A stretch of 64,000 nucleotides of DNA from an uncultured Verrucomicrobiae bacterium (GTDB lineage: Bacteria > Verrucomicrobiota > Verrucomicrobiia > Opitutales > JABDGR01). The stretch spans positions 832,001 through 896,000 of the forward strand of contig CAVXVB010000009.1 of the NCBI GenBank assembly GCA_963765205.1, written 5' to 3'. Of this stretch, positions 10,422 to 21,298 are shown one piece after another. The first letter of the stretch is position 1. Each line of letters opens with the position of its first letter. The position numbers and the translations under genes were made by a program. The notes beneath the pieces were generated by a model. That model made no database searches and was not told the DNA's origin. It saw only the letters and a list, made by a program, of their open reading frames with translations.

Positions 10422-12047
10422 ATGACCAGCGACGCGCTCATCCTGCCCCTGGCGATTGCCGTGCCCTTTGCGGCCGGGCTGCTGCTGCTGGTCAAAGGCA
10501 GGCAACTGGCACCGTGGCTGGCGCGCGCGGTGGCGTGGGTCGGCTTTGTGACCCCCGCGCTCACCGGCCTGTGCGTCTGGTATATATTTATCCTGCGCCC
10601 CGGCGAAATACCGATCATCTCGCACCCCGGCCCCGGCTTCCACAACTCGCCGGACTTTCTTTTCAATTCCGATCTGGACCTCGGCCTCGGCTTCATCGGC
10701 TTCACGCTCAAGCTGGGCTTGAATGGCCTTTCGATGCCGATGTTTGTGCTGGCGGGTCTGGTGGGCCTCGCCGCGGGCATCCACGCGCTTTATAATCAAA
10801 GCGACCGACCCTGCGCCTATTGGGGGTTGCTGCTTTTCATTGTCTCGGGCGCGGTCGGCGTGTTTGCGTCGGTCAATTTGTACTATTTTTATTTCTTCCA
10901 TGAATTTGCGCTGATTCCCACGTTCATCCTCATTGGTTGGTGGGGTGGGCCGGGCGGGCGCTCCGCTGCGCTGGAAATGACGATTTACCTCACCCTTGGC
11001 GCGATGCTCTCGCTGCTTGGGCTGTTGGCGCTCTACATGCACAGCGGCGCGCACAGCTTCGACTTGGTCAGCCTGCGAGCGTGGAGCCTGACGGCGGGTG
11101 CGGACGCCGGCTCCGGCCACAAAATTTTCGCGCTGCTGCTGTTTGGGTTTGGGATTTTGGTGTCGCTTTGGCCGTTCCACTCCTGGGCGCCCTCCGGCTA
11201 TGCCGCCGCGCCCGCGCCGGCGGCGATGCTGCACGCCGGCGTGCTGAAAAAATTCGGGCTATACGGCCTCCTGCAAATCGCCGTGCCGCTGCTGCCGGGC
11301 GGCATGGCGGACTGGGGCCACACGCTGGCGTGGCTGGCGCTTGGCAACGTCGTGATCATCGGCGCAGTCACGCTCGCGCAGCGCGACTTGAAGATGATGC
11401 TCGGCTACAGCTCGGTGATGCACATGGGCTATATATTCCTCGGTATCGCCTGCGTGAGCGCGCTCGGCGCGGGCGGTGCGGTGCTGCTGATGTTTGCGCA
11501 CGGCCTGTCCGTCGCCGCGTTGTTTCTGCTGTCAGACGCGGTGTATCGCCGCACGCACACCTACGACTTCGGCGCGATGGGCGGCCTGGCGCAGAAGGCG
11601 CCCGTGCTGGCGGGTTTCTTTGTGGCCGCGACCATGGCGGGCATCGGCCTGCCAGGCTTTGCAAATTTTTGGGGCGAATTCAGCGTGTTTGTCGCGCTGT
11701 GGAAATACTCCCACTGGATGACGGCAGCGGCGGCCTTGGGCGTTGTCATCTCGGCTGTCTACGGTCTGCGCGCCGTGTCCCGCGTTTTTTACGGCGAGCC
11801 TTCGCCCGCGTTTCAGCCGTTGTTTGACGCGCCGGTGGCCGATATTCGGTCGAGCGAACGCTGGCCGGCGGTGATTTTGCTCGGCGTGCTCATGCTGGTC
11901 GGTTTCTGGCCGGCTTCGATCAGCCGCGGCATCAATGAAGCCCTGCCTGCCGTTTACCAAAACACGAGTCCCTTGGGCGGCTATGCCGACAAAGGCAGCC
12001 CCAATCCGGCAGTCGTGCCGTCGTCCGCGCCGCCCAGCCACCTGTGA
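10422..12047 (+). CDS. nuoM: NADH-quinone oxidoreductase subunit M
   Basis: WPFHSWAP, LKKFGLYG, YSSVMHMG; operon position. Confidence 0.95.
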   Translation: MTSDALILPLAIAVPFAAGLLLLVKGRQLAPWLARAVAWVGFVTPALTGLCVWYIFILRPGEIPIISHPGPGFHNSPDFLFNSDLDLGLGFIGFTLKLGLNGLSMPMFVLAGLVGLAAGIHALYNQSDRPCAYWGLLLFIVSGAVGVFASVNLYYFYFFHEFALIPTFILIGWWGGPGGRSAALEMTIYLTLGAMLSLLGLLALYMHSGAHSFDLVSLRAWSLTAGADAGSGHKIFALLLFGFGILVSLWPFHSWAPSGYAAAPAPAAMLHAGVLKKFGLYGLLQIAVPLLPGGMADWGHTLAWLALGNVVIIGAVTLAQRDLKMMLGYSSVMHMGYIFLGIACVSALGAGGAVLLMFAHGLSVAALFLLSDAVYRRTHTYDFGAMGGLAQKAPVLAGFFVAATMAGIGLPGFANFWGEFSVFVALWKYSHWMTAAAALGVVISAVYGLRAVSRVFYGEPSPAFQPLFDAPVADIRSSERWPAVILLGVLMLVGFWPASISRGINEALPAVYQNTSPLGGYADKGSPNPAVVPSSAPPSHL

Positions 12048-12066
12048 CCCTGCCCGTTTCCCCGCG

Positions 12067-13623
12067 ATGAATCCCGCCATTTATCAAAGCATTACCGACA
12101 CGAACCAGTGGCTGATGCTCTGGCCCGAGATTATGCTCGGGCTGCTCGCCTTGCTGTTGCTGGCGCTGGATTTGGTGCTGAAGAAGGACAAGAACGTGAT
12201 CGTGCCCCGCGTCGCGGCGCTCGGCCAGATTGTCATCCTCATCGCCCTGCTCGGCCAGATTGGCTACGAGAGCGCGGAGCCGTCCATGGAAAAAATGGTG
12301 GATTGGCCGTTCTTCGGCGGCTTGATCACGCTGACGCCAATGGGCCAAGCCGGCCGCGTATTCATCCTGCTCACATCGCTTTCGGTCAGTTATCTGGCGC
12401 AAATTTATTTCAAAAAGCAGACGCTGCCGCGCATCGAGTTTTACCACATCATGCTGGTGGTCGCCGCCGCGATGATGCTGCTCGTGCAAAGCAGCCAGTT
12501 CGTGCTCTTCTTCGTCGCGCTGGAGACCGTGACGGTCGGCTTCTATGTCTTGGTCGCTTATGGCCGCAACAGCGCCCTTTCGTTGGAGGCCGGCTTAAAA
12601 TACCTGATTCTCGGCGCGCTCAGTTCGGCCATCCTGCTGTTTGGCATTGTGCTCCTCTACGGTGTGGCCGCCGCGCCCGGCGCGCATTCCTCCGCCCGGC
12701 CCCTGGCCGACGCGATGAATTTCCTCGAACTGGGCCGCGCCATCGCGCGCCACGCCGGCAATCCGCTGGCGGCGACCGGCGTGGCGCTGGTGTTGTGCGG
12801 GGTGGCCTTCAAAATCGGCGTGGTGCCCTTTCAGATCTGGGTGCCCGATGTTTATCAGGGCGCGCCGACGCCGACCACGGCCTATTTGGCGGTTGGCTCG
12901 AAGGCGGCGGGCTTTTTTGTCCTGCTCAACCTCGTCACCGGCCCCTTTGCCTCGCCGTGGCTGGCTCACGATGTCCTGGTGCCGCTGCTCTCAACCATTG
13001 CGGTGCTCTCGATTTTGTATGGCAATCTCGCAGCCCTCGGCCAACGCAATGTCAAGCGGGTGATAGGCCTGTCCGGCATCGCGCACGCGGGCTATATGCT
13101 CGTCGGCGTGGTAGCGGCGGCGCAAGGAGTATCCTGGGCGGCGGGGGCGGTGCTGTTTTATCTTTTCACCTACCTGCTCGGTTCGATGGCGGTTTTCGGC
13201 GTCATGGCCCACGTGGCCGGCCCGCGCGACGAAACGCAGGAACTTGGTGACTACGCCGAACTCGGCCAGCGCCAGCCCTTCCTTGGCGGGGTGCTCGCAA
13301 TTGGACTAGGCTCACTCGCGGGCATTCCACCGCTGGCGGGTTTTATCGGCAAGCTCCTGCTCTTCTACGCCGCGTTCCAGGCCCATCTGTATATGCTGCT
13401 CGCCGTCTCGATCATCGGTGTGGTCATCTCAATTTATTATTATTTTGGCTGGATGCGCGAGGCGCTCTTCCGCCAGTCCAGCGTGCCTGGTCTCGTCGGC
13501 TCGGAAGCCGCCGCCCCACCCTTGGCGCCCACGCAGTGGGGCCGCCTCGCTCTGGGCCTGCTTGCTGCCGCCACGCTGCTGGCGGGCCTCTATCAAGGAT
13601 TTTTCCCCGATTCGTTGAAATGA
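12067..13623 (+). CDS. nuoN: NADH-quinone oxidoreductase subunit N
   Basis: EAGLKYLILG, FKIGVVPFQIWVPDVYQGAPT, GIPPLAGFIGK. Confidence 0.96.
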   Translation: MNPAIYQSITDTNQWLMLWPEIMLGLLALLLLALDLVLKKDKNVIVPRVAALGQIVILIALLGQIGYESAEPSMEKMVDWPFFGGLITLTPMGQAGRVFILLTSLSVSYLAQIYFKKQTLPRIEFYHIMLVVAAAMMLLVQSSQFVLFFVALETVTVGFYVLVAYGRNSALSLEAGLKYLILGALSSAILLFGIVLLYGVAAAPGAHSSARPLADAMNFLELGRAIARHAGNPLAATGVALVLCGVAFKIGVVPFQIWVPDVYQGAPTPTTAYLAVGSKAAGFFVLLNLVTGPFASPWLAHDVLVPLLSTIAVLSILYGNLAALGQRNVKRVIGLSGIAHAGYMLVGVVAAAQGVSWAAGAVLFYLFTYLLGSMAVFGVMAHVAGPRDETQELGDYAELGQRQPFLGGVLAIGLGSLAGIPPLAGFIGKLLLFYAAFQAHLYMLLAVSIIGVVISIYYYFGWMREALFRQSSVPGLVGSEAAAPPLAPTQWGRLALGLLAAATLLAGLYQGFFPDSLK

Positions 13624-13706
13624 AGCCCACGGCGTTTATTTTTTCTTAACGCATTTACCCGGACATTTCATTATCCGTTGTCTCCTCCTTCAGGCATAAT
13701 CGTAAC

Positions 13707-14789
13707 ATGAACGCGTGCACTCCGCGACCGCTCGAGGACATTGCCTCCTGCCGCAACCTCGCTGAAAAGCATGACCGGGTGGACCTGTCCACCGGGGTGG
13801 AGTTGCAACCCGGGCACATCCTCGACGGCCGCTTTGTCATCGGCGAACCCATCAGCCAGGGAGGCATGGCCACCATCTATCTGGCTGAAGACAAGCAAAA
13901 CGACTGGTGCAAAGTCGCCATCAAGGTCCCCTTCCTGCGCTTTGAACGCGACCCCGCCTACGTCGCCCGCTTCCTGCGCGAGGAGCAAATCGGCCTGAAA
14001 TTAAGCCATCCCTCGCTGCTCAAATTTATCCCCGTTGAAGGCGACAAAAGCCGGCTTTACCTCGTCACCGAATACCTGGCCGGCAGCACGCTCTCGCGCC
14101 TGCTCCACAAGCACGGCCCGCTCCCGGAAGCCGACGCGCTGAAAATCGCCAGCCTGCTCTGCGACGCACTGCGCCATCTGCACGACTGCGGTTACATCCA
14201 CCGCGACCTCAAGCCTGATAATATCATGTTGTGTTGCGACCATACCATTCGCATCATGGATTTCGGCCTGGCTTCCCCCATCGCGGGCCGCCTCGACTTT
14301 TTGGCCGACAAAACCCCCGTCTTTGGCACGCCCCAATACATGGCCCCCGAACAAGTCAAACGCTCCCGCAGTGATGTGCGCACCGACATCTACAGCATCG
14401 GTGTCATCCTCTACGAAATGCTCACCGGCCAATTGCCCTTTACGCATCAAGACCCGTGGGTTATGGCGCAATCGCGCGTCGCCGGCGACCCCGCCGCGCC
14501 GCGCCAAATCAACCCCGCCATCTCCCCGGCGGCCGAGGAAATCGTCCTCCACGCCATGCAACGCAAGCCCGCCGCGCGGTATGCGACCATCACCGCCTTC
14601 CAGGCGGAACTCGACGCCCCGGAAAAAGTCCACGTCACCGGCTATTGCACGCGCCTGCGCCCGCCGCGCTTCGTGCTCAGTTATGAGCAGGCCCAAATCT
14701 ATTCCGGCATCGCCATGAGCATCGTGATCGCCATCCTGCTCATTGGCGGTTTTTTCGTCGCGCTGCATTTTACCGGCAAGCATCATTAA
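13707..14789 (+). CDS. Hanks-type Ser/Thr protein kinase with C-terminal TM helix
   Basis: GGMATIY, VAIK, HRDLKPDN, DFG, GTPQYMAPE; hydrophobic C-terminus. Confidence 0.92.
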   Translation: MNACTPRPLEDIASCRNLAEKHDRVDLSTGVELQPGHILDGRFVIGEPISQGGMATIYLAEDKQNDWCKVAIKVPFLRFERDPAYVARFLREEQIGLKLSHPSLLKFIPVEGDKSRLYLVTEYLAGSTLSRLLHKHGPLPEADALKIASLLCDALRHLHDCGYIHRDLKPDNIMLCCDHTIRIMDFGLASPIAGRLDFLADKTPVFGTPQYMAPEQVKRSRSDVRTDIYSIGVILYEMLTGQLPFTHQDPWVMAQSRVAGDPAAPRQINPAISPAAEEIVLHAMQRKPAARYATITAFQAELDAPEKVHVTGYCTRLRPPRFVLSYEQAQIYSGIAMSIVIAILLIGGFFVALHFTGKHH

Positions 14790-14816
14790 GCGACGCTACA
14801 TTAGAGAATAAAGGGG

Positions 14817-14898
14817 TGCTCGGGAAGGGACTTGAACCCTTACACCTTGCGGCATACGCACCTCAAGCGTACGTGTCTGCCAATTCCACCACCCGAGC
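14817..14898 (-). tRNA. tRNA-Leu(GAG)
   Basis: GCTCGGG acceptor stem, TGGAATTGGCAGAC D-arm, anticodon arm TACGC-TTGAGGT-GCGTA, long variable arm, GGTTCAAGTCC; CCA not fully encoded. Confidence 0.95.
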
Positions 14899-14953
14899 AA
14901 AATCAGAATGGTTACGCTAACAAACGCCCGGCCGATTGCAATAGCAAAGCGAT

Positions 14954-15979
14954 TTATTTCCGCCTCCCCGCCAGTAGCTGAAACTTCCCCCCGAGGTGCG
15001 CGGGGTGGAGCAATTCCATCAGGGTTTGGCGTGCAGGGGAAAACGCCTCGGCGTTTTCTGCGAGGAGTTTTTCGATTTCCGCCGCCGCGTGCCGCATGAA
15101 AAACGCCTCCTGCCGCTCGACCCGCACATCGGCAAAGCCGTTCTTCTGCAGCACGCGTTCGAGCCGGTCCCAGCAGACGTGGCAGGTGAGGTCCTGTTCG
15201 CCGGGCCGGGCCAGCAATGCATCCGAAATTTCATGTCTGTAATACGCCCGCGCCGTGCCGACGGGTCGTTCATTAATGAGTTCTGCCCAATCGTGCCCGT
15301 AATCGGCAAGGATGATAGCGCCCCGCGAGGGAGCAGCAGTGAGTTCGCGCAAAAGCTCTTCGGCATCGAGGGATATGTCCAGATGGTATTCCTCCGGCGC
15401 AACAGTGGGCAAGGACGGCACCAAGGATTGCGCCGCGGGGGACATGCCCTCCAACTCGACCTCGGCTAAATCTTCGCCGTCCACGCGCACACCCAACTCC
15501 CGCCATACGCCGCGCCGGAACACGAATCGGTGAAACGGTTGGGCGTCGAGCCACTCATTCGCAAAAATGACGCTGCGCGCCGGCGGCCTCAGTTCGTCTC
15601 CCAGCCGTCGGGTGATAATTTGGGTGAAGGGCTCGGCGTCCCGGCCAAACACACCTGCGCCCGGCTCCGCGCCAACTTCAAGCAGTGCATAATCTTTCGG
15701 CGCCTCCGGCTCGATCAGCTTCGCTGCGGCGGCCCGCAACAGCCGGCCAAAAATCCCGCCCCGCAGGCTGGTCGCCGTGTAGAAATCCGTCCCCGCGCCG
15801 CGGCCCACGCGCACGCGCTCCGCGTGCTGGTAGTAGCCCAGGCCCGGCGCGTAGAGCGCCTCGGCCACGAAATCGCGATAGCTTAAGACGCCGTTTGGCC
15901 CCGCCATCAGGCGCAGGCGCGCACGCATGGCCGGCTTGGGCGGGGTGGGGGAACGCGCTTGCGCGGCGGCGGGCTTCAT
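14954..15979 (-). CDS. SAM-dependent methyltransferase, MidA/NDUFAF7 family
   Basis: ALYAPGLGYY, DFYTA, EVGA, ANEWLDAQP, DYG, GEQDLTCHV. Confidence 0.85.
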   Translation of the reverse strand: MKPAAAQARSPTPPKPAMRARLRLMAGPNGVLSYRDFVAEALYAPGLGYYQHAERVRVGRGAGTDFYTATSLRGGIFGRLLRAAAAKLIEPEAPKDYALLEVGAEPGAGVFGRDAEPFTQIITRRLGDELRPPARSVIFANEWLDAQPFHRFVFRRGVWRELGVRVDGEDLAEVELEGMSPAAQSLVPSLPTVAPEEYHLDISLDAEELLRELTAAPSRGAIILADYGHDWAELINERPVGTARAYYRHEISDALLARPGEQDLTCHVCWDRLERVLQKNGFADVRVERQEAFFMRHAAAEIEKLLAENAEAFSPARQTLMELLHPAHLGGKFQLLAGRRK

Positions 15980-16004
15980 GTTGCAATGTCGGCTTCCCCC
16001 CACC

Positions 16005-17378
16005 GTGCCGCGTTCGCCCAATCTATTCAAGCGCGTCTTCCTGCCCGTCCTCGGTTTATTTCTGTTGACGGCGTTCCTCGTGCGCATGGCGTTTGACCGC
16101 GACTTCGACACGGCGCTGCTGGCCGGCGGGCGCGAAGTGCGCGGGCTGTTCGACCCGCAATTCTGGCAGCAATGGTGGCGGGTCGGGCGCGTCATGGAAG
16201 TGGCCCACCAGAATTACCTCCACGACAACAAGGTCACGTATGACAAACTGGCCGACTCGGCCCTCAACCATGTGCTCGACGGCCTCGATCGTTACACGGA
16301 TTACCTTTCGCCGGAGAGTTACCAGGAATTCGAGCGCGAGAGCAAACAGCACCCGGTGGGGATAGGCGTGGATATCGAGCGACGCAACGGCACCATCCAG
16401 ATCGTCCGCATTTATCGCGGCAGCCCCGCCGCGGAAAAGGGCTGGCAGCCCAACGACCGCATTCTGGCCATTGACGGCACCGATGTGCGCGACTTCACCG
16501 TGGCGGGCGTCGCGGATTTGTTGCACGGCCCGGAAAATTCGAAAGTGGTCGTCCGGCGCGAACGCCCGGGCGAATTCACCCAGGAGGAAACGCTCACACG
16601 CGGGGGTTTCGATGTGCCGAGCATTCGCGACAGCGAAGTGCGCCCGGACGGGGTCGGTTACCTGCGCGTCACCCAATTTGGCGACAACACGGGCGGCGAA
16701 TTCGCGGACACTCTGAGTGGCATGATGGGGCCGGAAACGCTGCGCGGGCTGATCATTGATTTGCGCGACAACACGGGCGGCTTGCTCGAAGCGGATGTCG
16801 AGGTCAAGATGCTGCAGACGTTGTTGCCGGACAACTCCAGCATCGTCACCACGAAAGACCGGGACGGCCACGTGGTGCAGAGTTTGAAGACGCCGCTGCC
16901 GGCGGCGCCGCCGTCGGTGGACGGCTCCCCGCTGGACCAGCCGGAGGACGTGCATTACGCCGGCCCCGTCGTCGTGCTCGTCAACGAAAACACCGCGAGC
17001 GCCGCGGAAATTGTCGCGGGAGCCTTGCAGGACCACCACCGCGCCGTCCTCGTTGGCCAGCGCACCTATGGCAAAAGCGTCGTGCAAAGCATCATTACGC
17101 TCAGCGACGGTGGCGCACTCCACCTGACCACCGAAGACTATTTCCTCCCCAGCGGCCACTCCATCCCGCTGGACGGCATTGCACCCGACGTGTTCGTCCC
17201 CCAAACAAGTGACGAGCATGAATCGCTACGCATCCAGAACTCCGACCTGCGCCCCGATTTGCACCGTTTCACGAATGCGACCTTTGTTGCCGCCTTCGGC
17301 TACGCACCCGTGCCCGACCCGGAAATTGAAACCGCCGCCAGCCTGATCCGCGCCGTCACCCCGAATTTCGCCAAATAA
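16005..17378 (+). CDS. S41 family C-terminal processing peptidase (PDZ + protease); start uncertain
   Basis: GIGV PDZ motif, DLRDNTGG, TASAAEIVAGALQD (Ser), RTYGK (Lys). Confidence 0.9.
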   Translation: MPRSPNLFKRVFLPVLGLFLLTAFLVRMAFDRDFDTALLAGGREVRGLFDPQFWQQWWRVGRVMEVAHQNYLHDNKVTYDKLADSALNHVLDGLDRYTDYLSPESYQEFERESKQHPVGIGVDIERRNGTIQIVRIYRGSPAAEKGWQPNDRILAIDGTDVRDFTVAGVADLLHGPENSKVVVRRERPGEFTQEETLTRGGFDVPSIRDSEVRPDGVGYLRVTQFGDNTGGEFADTLSGMMGPETLRGLIIDLRDNTGGLLEADVEVKMLQTLLPDNSSIVTTKDRDGHVVQSLKTPLPAAPPSVDGSPLDQPEDVHYAGPVVVLVNENTASAAEIVAGALQDHHRAVLVGQRTYGKSVVQSIITLSDGGALHLTTEDYFLPSGHSIPLDGIAPDVFVPQTSDEHESLRIQNSDLRPDLHRFTNATFVAAFGYAPVPDPEIETAASLIRAVTPNFAK

Positions 17379-17386
17379 ATTGCCGC

Positions 17387-18445
17387 ATGATTCTCGCCCT
17401 TGAAAGCTCGTGCGACGAATCGGCGCTGGCGCTGTTCGACCCCGCGCGCGGCCTCGTCGGCGAATGGGTCCACAGCCAGATCGCGCTGCACCGCGAATAT
17501 GGCGGCGTGGTGCCCGACCTCGCCAGCCGCGAGCACCTTGACCGTTTTCCCGCGCTGCTGGCCCTCGCCGCCCGGCAACCGGAATACGCGCAAGTCACGC
17601 AAATCGCCGTGACGTATGGGCCGGGCCTGGCCGGTTGTCTGGCCCTCGGGCTTGCACTGGGCCAGGCGCTTGCGTTCGCTAAAAATGTGCCCCTCACCGG
17701 TGTTAACCATCTGCGCGGCCATGTCTGGTCGCCGTTCATCACCCTCCACGCGCGCGAGCCGGGCCGCTTTGCGGAAAATATGCGCGCCTTGCTGCCACAC
17801 CTTGGCTTGATTGTCTCCGGCGGCAACACGCTGTTGTTTATTTTGGAGGAAGGCGGGCGCCTGCGCGTCGTCAACCGCACTGTGGACGACGCCGCCGGCG
17901 AGGCGCTCGACAAAGGCGCGAAGTTGCTGGGCCTGCCGTATCCGGGCGGCCCGCTCGTCGAGCAATGGGCTGCGCGGGGCGACGCGCATGCCTACGATTT
18001 TCCGCGCGCGCTCGGGGAGGGGAGTGCCCGCGCGCAGACTCCGTTCAGTTTCTCGGGCCTGAAAACCAGCCTGCGCTACCGCCTCGAAAAAATGACCCCC
18101 GCGCAAATCGAAAACGCCCAAGCGAACCTCTGCGCCAGCTACCAGGCCGCCGTCGTCGGTCAACTCTCCGCCAAAACCGCGGCCGTGCTCGAATCCGACG
18201 ATCCTGATCTCCCGCCTCTGCGCAGCCTCGGCCTCTCCGGCGGCGTGGCCAACAACCAAACCCTCCGCGCCGCGCTGGCCGCGCTCGCCGCAAAACATAA
18301 TCTCCCCCTCCTCGCCGCCGAACCCCGTCACACCGGCGACAACGCCGCCATGATCGCCTTCACCGCCTGGGCCCACCCCGCCCATGTCGTGAATTTTGAT
18401 TCCTCCCACCCCGCTACCTTCGAACCGTCGCTGTCGCTTGAGTGA
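17387..18445 (+). CDS. tsaD: tRNA N6-adenosine threonylcarbamoyltransferase
   Basis: ILALESSCDE, GGVVPDLASREH, NHLRGH, DDAAGEALDK, DNAAMIA. Confidence 0.95.
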   Translation: MILALESSCDESALALFDPARGLVGEWVHSQIALHREYGGVVPDLASREHLDRFPALLALAARQPEYAQVTQIAVTYGPGLAGCLALGLALGQALAFAKNVPLTGVNHLRGHVWSPFITLHAREPGRFAENMRALLPHLGLIVSGGNTLLFILEEGGRLRVVNRTVDDAAGEALDKGAKLLGLPYPGGPLVEQWAARGDAHAYDFPRALGEGSARAQTPFSFSGLKTSLRYRLEKMTPAQIENAQANLCASYQAAVVGQLSAKTAAVLESDDPDLPPLRSLGLSGGVANNQTLRAALAALAAKHNLPLLAAEPRHTGDNAAMIAFTAWAHPAHVVNFDSSHPATFEPSLSLE

Positions 18446-18489
18446 GCGGAAGTATGGTGGAAGAATCGAGAAACAGACCAGTTTTGATG

Positions 18490-18666
18490 CTATTTGATCC
18501 TTAAATGTGACAGCAATTCAGTGAACTTAGCGATATGTTTAACCATATCGGCAAATTTAACTTGAATTGCGTCATCATCAAGTCTAACAGACGCTTTATT
18601 AATTCGACTACCGGCTTGCGTCAGTAGATGCTCAATTTCTTCGTAATCTTCAATTTTATTTTTCAT
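18490..18666 (-). CDS. Small AT-rich hypothetical protein (58 aa), absent from the ORF track
   Basis: Translated by hand: MKNKIEDYEEIEHLLTQAGSRINKASVRLDDDAIQVKFADMVKHIAKFTELLSHLRIK*; open frame in AT-rich DNA. Confidence 0.45.
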   Translation of the reverse strand: MKNKIEDYEEIEHLLTQAGSRINKASVRLDDDAIQVKFADMVKHIAKFTELLSHLRIK

Positions 18667-19009
18667 ATTATTTTTAGGATTTTATATTGTCATACATATC
18701 ATCTAAATTTCTGAAACTAAATCGTGAAATGTTTTTAATTTAAAAGGCATTTGCCGACCCATCGCCTAAATGCCTAACTATCATTCACTTCCATTGGCAC
18801 TTCTGGATTTTATGTTGCGGTGTTGGGTGAGCCGCGTTGCATTTTTATTTAATTTGATTCAAGGACAGGTTAATGCTTGCACTATAATATACTAAAAAAT
18901 CCTCGATTTTCAAGGAAAAAATAAAAAAGGCTCAAAAGAATTAAGGTTTTTAATTACAACCACCACCACGGCCTTCTTTCTAAGCGAGGCGAATTCACTC
19001 AAACTAGGG

Positions 19010-19246
19010 TTAGCTTCTCTCAAAATACTTGTCTTTGGTAATCAGTTTGACGCCTTTCGCTATGCCATATAATCTCACGAGGCCGGGATCGGTGCGCCTC
19101 AACTCCATTAACCAGACGATCTCCGATTCCTTTTCGGGATTCTTCACCAACGGTTTAGACGCGCTCGTTTTCCGCTTCCGCGCCCGATGTTTGGCTCGGT
19201 GGATCGTTTTATCCGAAGCGTTAAGCCGCAACTTCATGGGCTTCAT
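19010..19246 (-). CDS. Small basic protein resembling a ribbon-helix-helix (DUF6364-like) antitoxin; no toxin partner
   Basis: MKLRLNASDKTIHRAKHRARKRKTSASK resembles the KLTL...I..AK.YA.....SLS pattern (recognised by eye). Confidence 0.4.
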   Translation of the reverse strand: MKPMKLRLNASDKTIHRAKHRARKRKTSASKPLVKNPEKESEIVWLMELRRTDPGLVRLYGIAKGVKLITKDKYFERS

Positions 19247-19510
19247 GGTTTCAGATTCATCGGATATCTTCAAGAGGCAATGGCGAGCGTTAGACCATTT
19301 GACAAGAAGCGGTCGGTGGGACGCCGACCGCAGCGACCGGGACGGTCGTGTCCCCGAGGACTGAAGAATCATGCCTATTTTGACCATGCGCCGTTGGCGA
19401 CAACTTTTACTTGACTATCTTACCTAATTGACCAAAGATAAGGCGCAAACACCGCCGAGACAGGGTTTGGCATCGCCTAACCCATTCTCTCCTGTCATTT
19501 TTTTATTTTC

Positions 19511-21264
19511 ATGATAACCGACACCGGCATAGACATCCCGGCGGTCAAAGAACCGTCGAAAAACGAGGGCATCAAGGAGGCCAGCCACTATCTGCGCGGC
19601 ACCATCTTGGAGGGCCTGGCGGACGCGTCCACGGGCGCGGTGTCGGAGGAGGATTCGCAGCTCCTGAAGTTCCACGGCACCTACCTGCAGGACGACCGCG
19701 ACTTGCGCAACGCGCGCCGCAAGGAAAAGCTCGAAAAGGCCTTCATTTTCATGGTGCGCGTGCGCGTGCCGGGCGGGGTCTGCACGCCGCCACAATGGCT
19801 GGAAATTGACCGCATCGCCGGCCAATACGCCAACGGCACCATCAAGCTGAGCACGCGCCAGGCGTTTCAGTTGCACGGCATCCTCAAGGGCAACCTCAAG
19901 GCCTCGATCAAGGAAGTCAACGAGGCGCTGCTTTGCACGCTCGCGGCTTGCGGCGACGTGAACCGCAACGTGATGTGCAACCCAAACCCGCATCTGTCCG
20001 CCATCCACGCGCAGGCGCTCGATTACGCCCTGCAATTGACGCAGCACCTTTCCCCGCGCACGCCCGCCTACCACGAAATTTGGCTCGATAAGGAACGCGT
20101 GGCCGGCGGCGACACCGGCGGCGAGGACGACGCGTCCGACCCGGTCGAGCCGATTTACGGCAAGCATTATCTCCCGCGCAAATTCAAAATCGCCATCGCC
20201 ATCCCGCCGGACAACGACGTGGATATTTTCGCGAACGATCTTGGCTTCATCGCCATTGTCGAGGAGGGGCGGCTCGCGGGCTTTAATGTCACGGTGGGCG
20301 GCGGCATGGGCATGTCGCACAACAACAAGGCGACGTATCCGCGCCTGGCCGACGTATGGGTTTTTGCACGCCCGCGCAAATCGTGGACGTTGCGGAGAAA
20401 GTCGTGCTCGTCCAGCGCGACTTTGGCGACCGCTCCGACCGCAAGCACGCGCGCCTCAAATACACCATTCAGGATCGCGGGCTGGACTGGTTCCGCGGCG
20501 AGGTCGAAGCGCGCCTCGGCTACAAATTGGAAACCGCGCGGCCCTTCACCTTCACCGACAATGGCGACCGCTACGGATGGACGGACGGCGTGGACGGCAA
20601 CCAGCATCTAACGTTGTTCATCGAAGGCGGCCGTGTGCGAGGCCGGCAGCGGGACGGCCTGCGCGAGATCGCCAAAATCCACCGCGGCGATTTCCGGCTC
20701 ACGGGGAACCAAAACCTCATCATCGGCGCCGTCGCCCCGTCCGAACGTCCGCGCATCGAGGCACTGCTCCAGGAATACGGTCTCGATCAAACCTGGCAGA
20801 ATATCACGGGCCTGCGGCGCGGCGGCCTCGCCTGCGTCGCGTTGCCGACCTGCGGGCTGGCGCTCGCCGAAAGCGAACGCAATTTGCCGAATCTGGTGGA
20901 CGAGCTGGAAAAAGTCATCCGCGCCGCCGGGCTGGCCGAGCAGTCCATCCACATCCGCTCGAGCGGCTGCCCGAACGGCTGCGCGCGCCCCTACCTGGGT
21001 GAAATCGGCCTCGTTGGCAAAGTGCCGGGCAAATACAATTTATACCTCGGCGCGGCGCACAACGGCTCGCGGCTGAACAAACTTTACAAGGAAGCGATCA
21101 CCAACGAACAAATCGTGGTGGAACTGACGCCCATCATCCAGCGCTACGCGGCCGAGCGCCATCCCGGCGAGAGCTTTGGCGACTTCGTCATCCGCGCGGG
21201 CTACGTCAAGGCCGTCACTTCCGGCGCGGTGGATTTCCATCACGACGCCGAGTGGCAAATTTAA
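19511..21264 (+). CDS. cysI: Sulfite reductase hemoprotein subunit (one apparent frameshift at ~20354)
   Basis: [27 protein letters not shown] in ORF 19511..; CVALPTC and [10 protein letters not shown] in ORF 20356..21264. Confidence 0.9.
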
Positions 21265-21298
21265 TCTCGACCGCGCGCTTGGTCTGTATCGACGCGCC

